A stretch of DNA of 63,830 nucleotides, filler included, from Reclinomonas americana ATCC 50394 (Eukaryota), in NCBI GenBank assembly GCA_048213135.1. It is 5 parts of 2 records of this genome, joined end to end, with 100 filler letters (N's around TTAATTAATTAA, not from the genome) between each part and the next. Parts side by side here need not be neighbours in the genome. Positions count along the whole stretch, not along the records: positions 62,146 to 63,830 come from PS015070.1; 4 more parts are not named here. The stretch is one strand, 5' to 3'. Position 1 is the stretch's first letter; the number at the start of each line of letters is the position of its first letter. The notes beneath the pieces are model-generated. The model worked only from the letters and a program-made list of their open reading frames with translations. It made no database searches and was not told the origin of the DNA. A program made the translations under genes and the position numbers. This document shows, one piece after another, positions 63,830 through 63,830 of the stretch.

Positions 63830-63830
63830 C

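Noticed and set aside
1-63830. Alternative genetic code, non-GT-AG or U12 introns, tRNA/rRNA genes, transposons
   Set aside because: All traced genes splice GT-AG and translate with the standard code using all three stops. I saw no ATATCC/GTATCC donors, RNA genes, transposase or reverse transcriptase motifs by eye.

Overview
Gene-dense, intron-rich eukaryotic scaffold, most likely from a flagellated protist (SSNA1, a stum/SPEC3 protein, a REJ/GPS polycystin-like gene, mitochondrial FtsZ). It holds about 30 whole or partial protein-coding genes with short GT-AG introns, many (CA)n/(GA)n microsatellites, and N-gaps, four of which are 100-nt artificial spacers containing TTAATTAATTAA. All gene calls come from by-eye splicing and motif recognition, not database searches. 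The most striking signal is a large second class of 5' splice sites, H|GTTNNG (mostly GTTGCG, also GTTGAG, GTTAAG, GTTGTG, GTTCTG, GTTTTG, GTTTCG). This is the normal donor consensus displaced by one nucleotide, and it never follows an exonic G. It accounts for 16 of 46 introns in seven traced genes. Second, an intronless CD-NTase/SMODS/OAS-like nucleotidyltransferase sits 12 nt downstream of a co-oriented membrane-protein gene. Also notable are an NLR-like NACHT-pentapeptide-WD40 gene, an acylated pseudo-patatin, a mitochondrion-targeted P450 with atypical motifs, an XIP-like aquaporin lacking both NPA motifs, and an inverted contig at 38837-39921.
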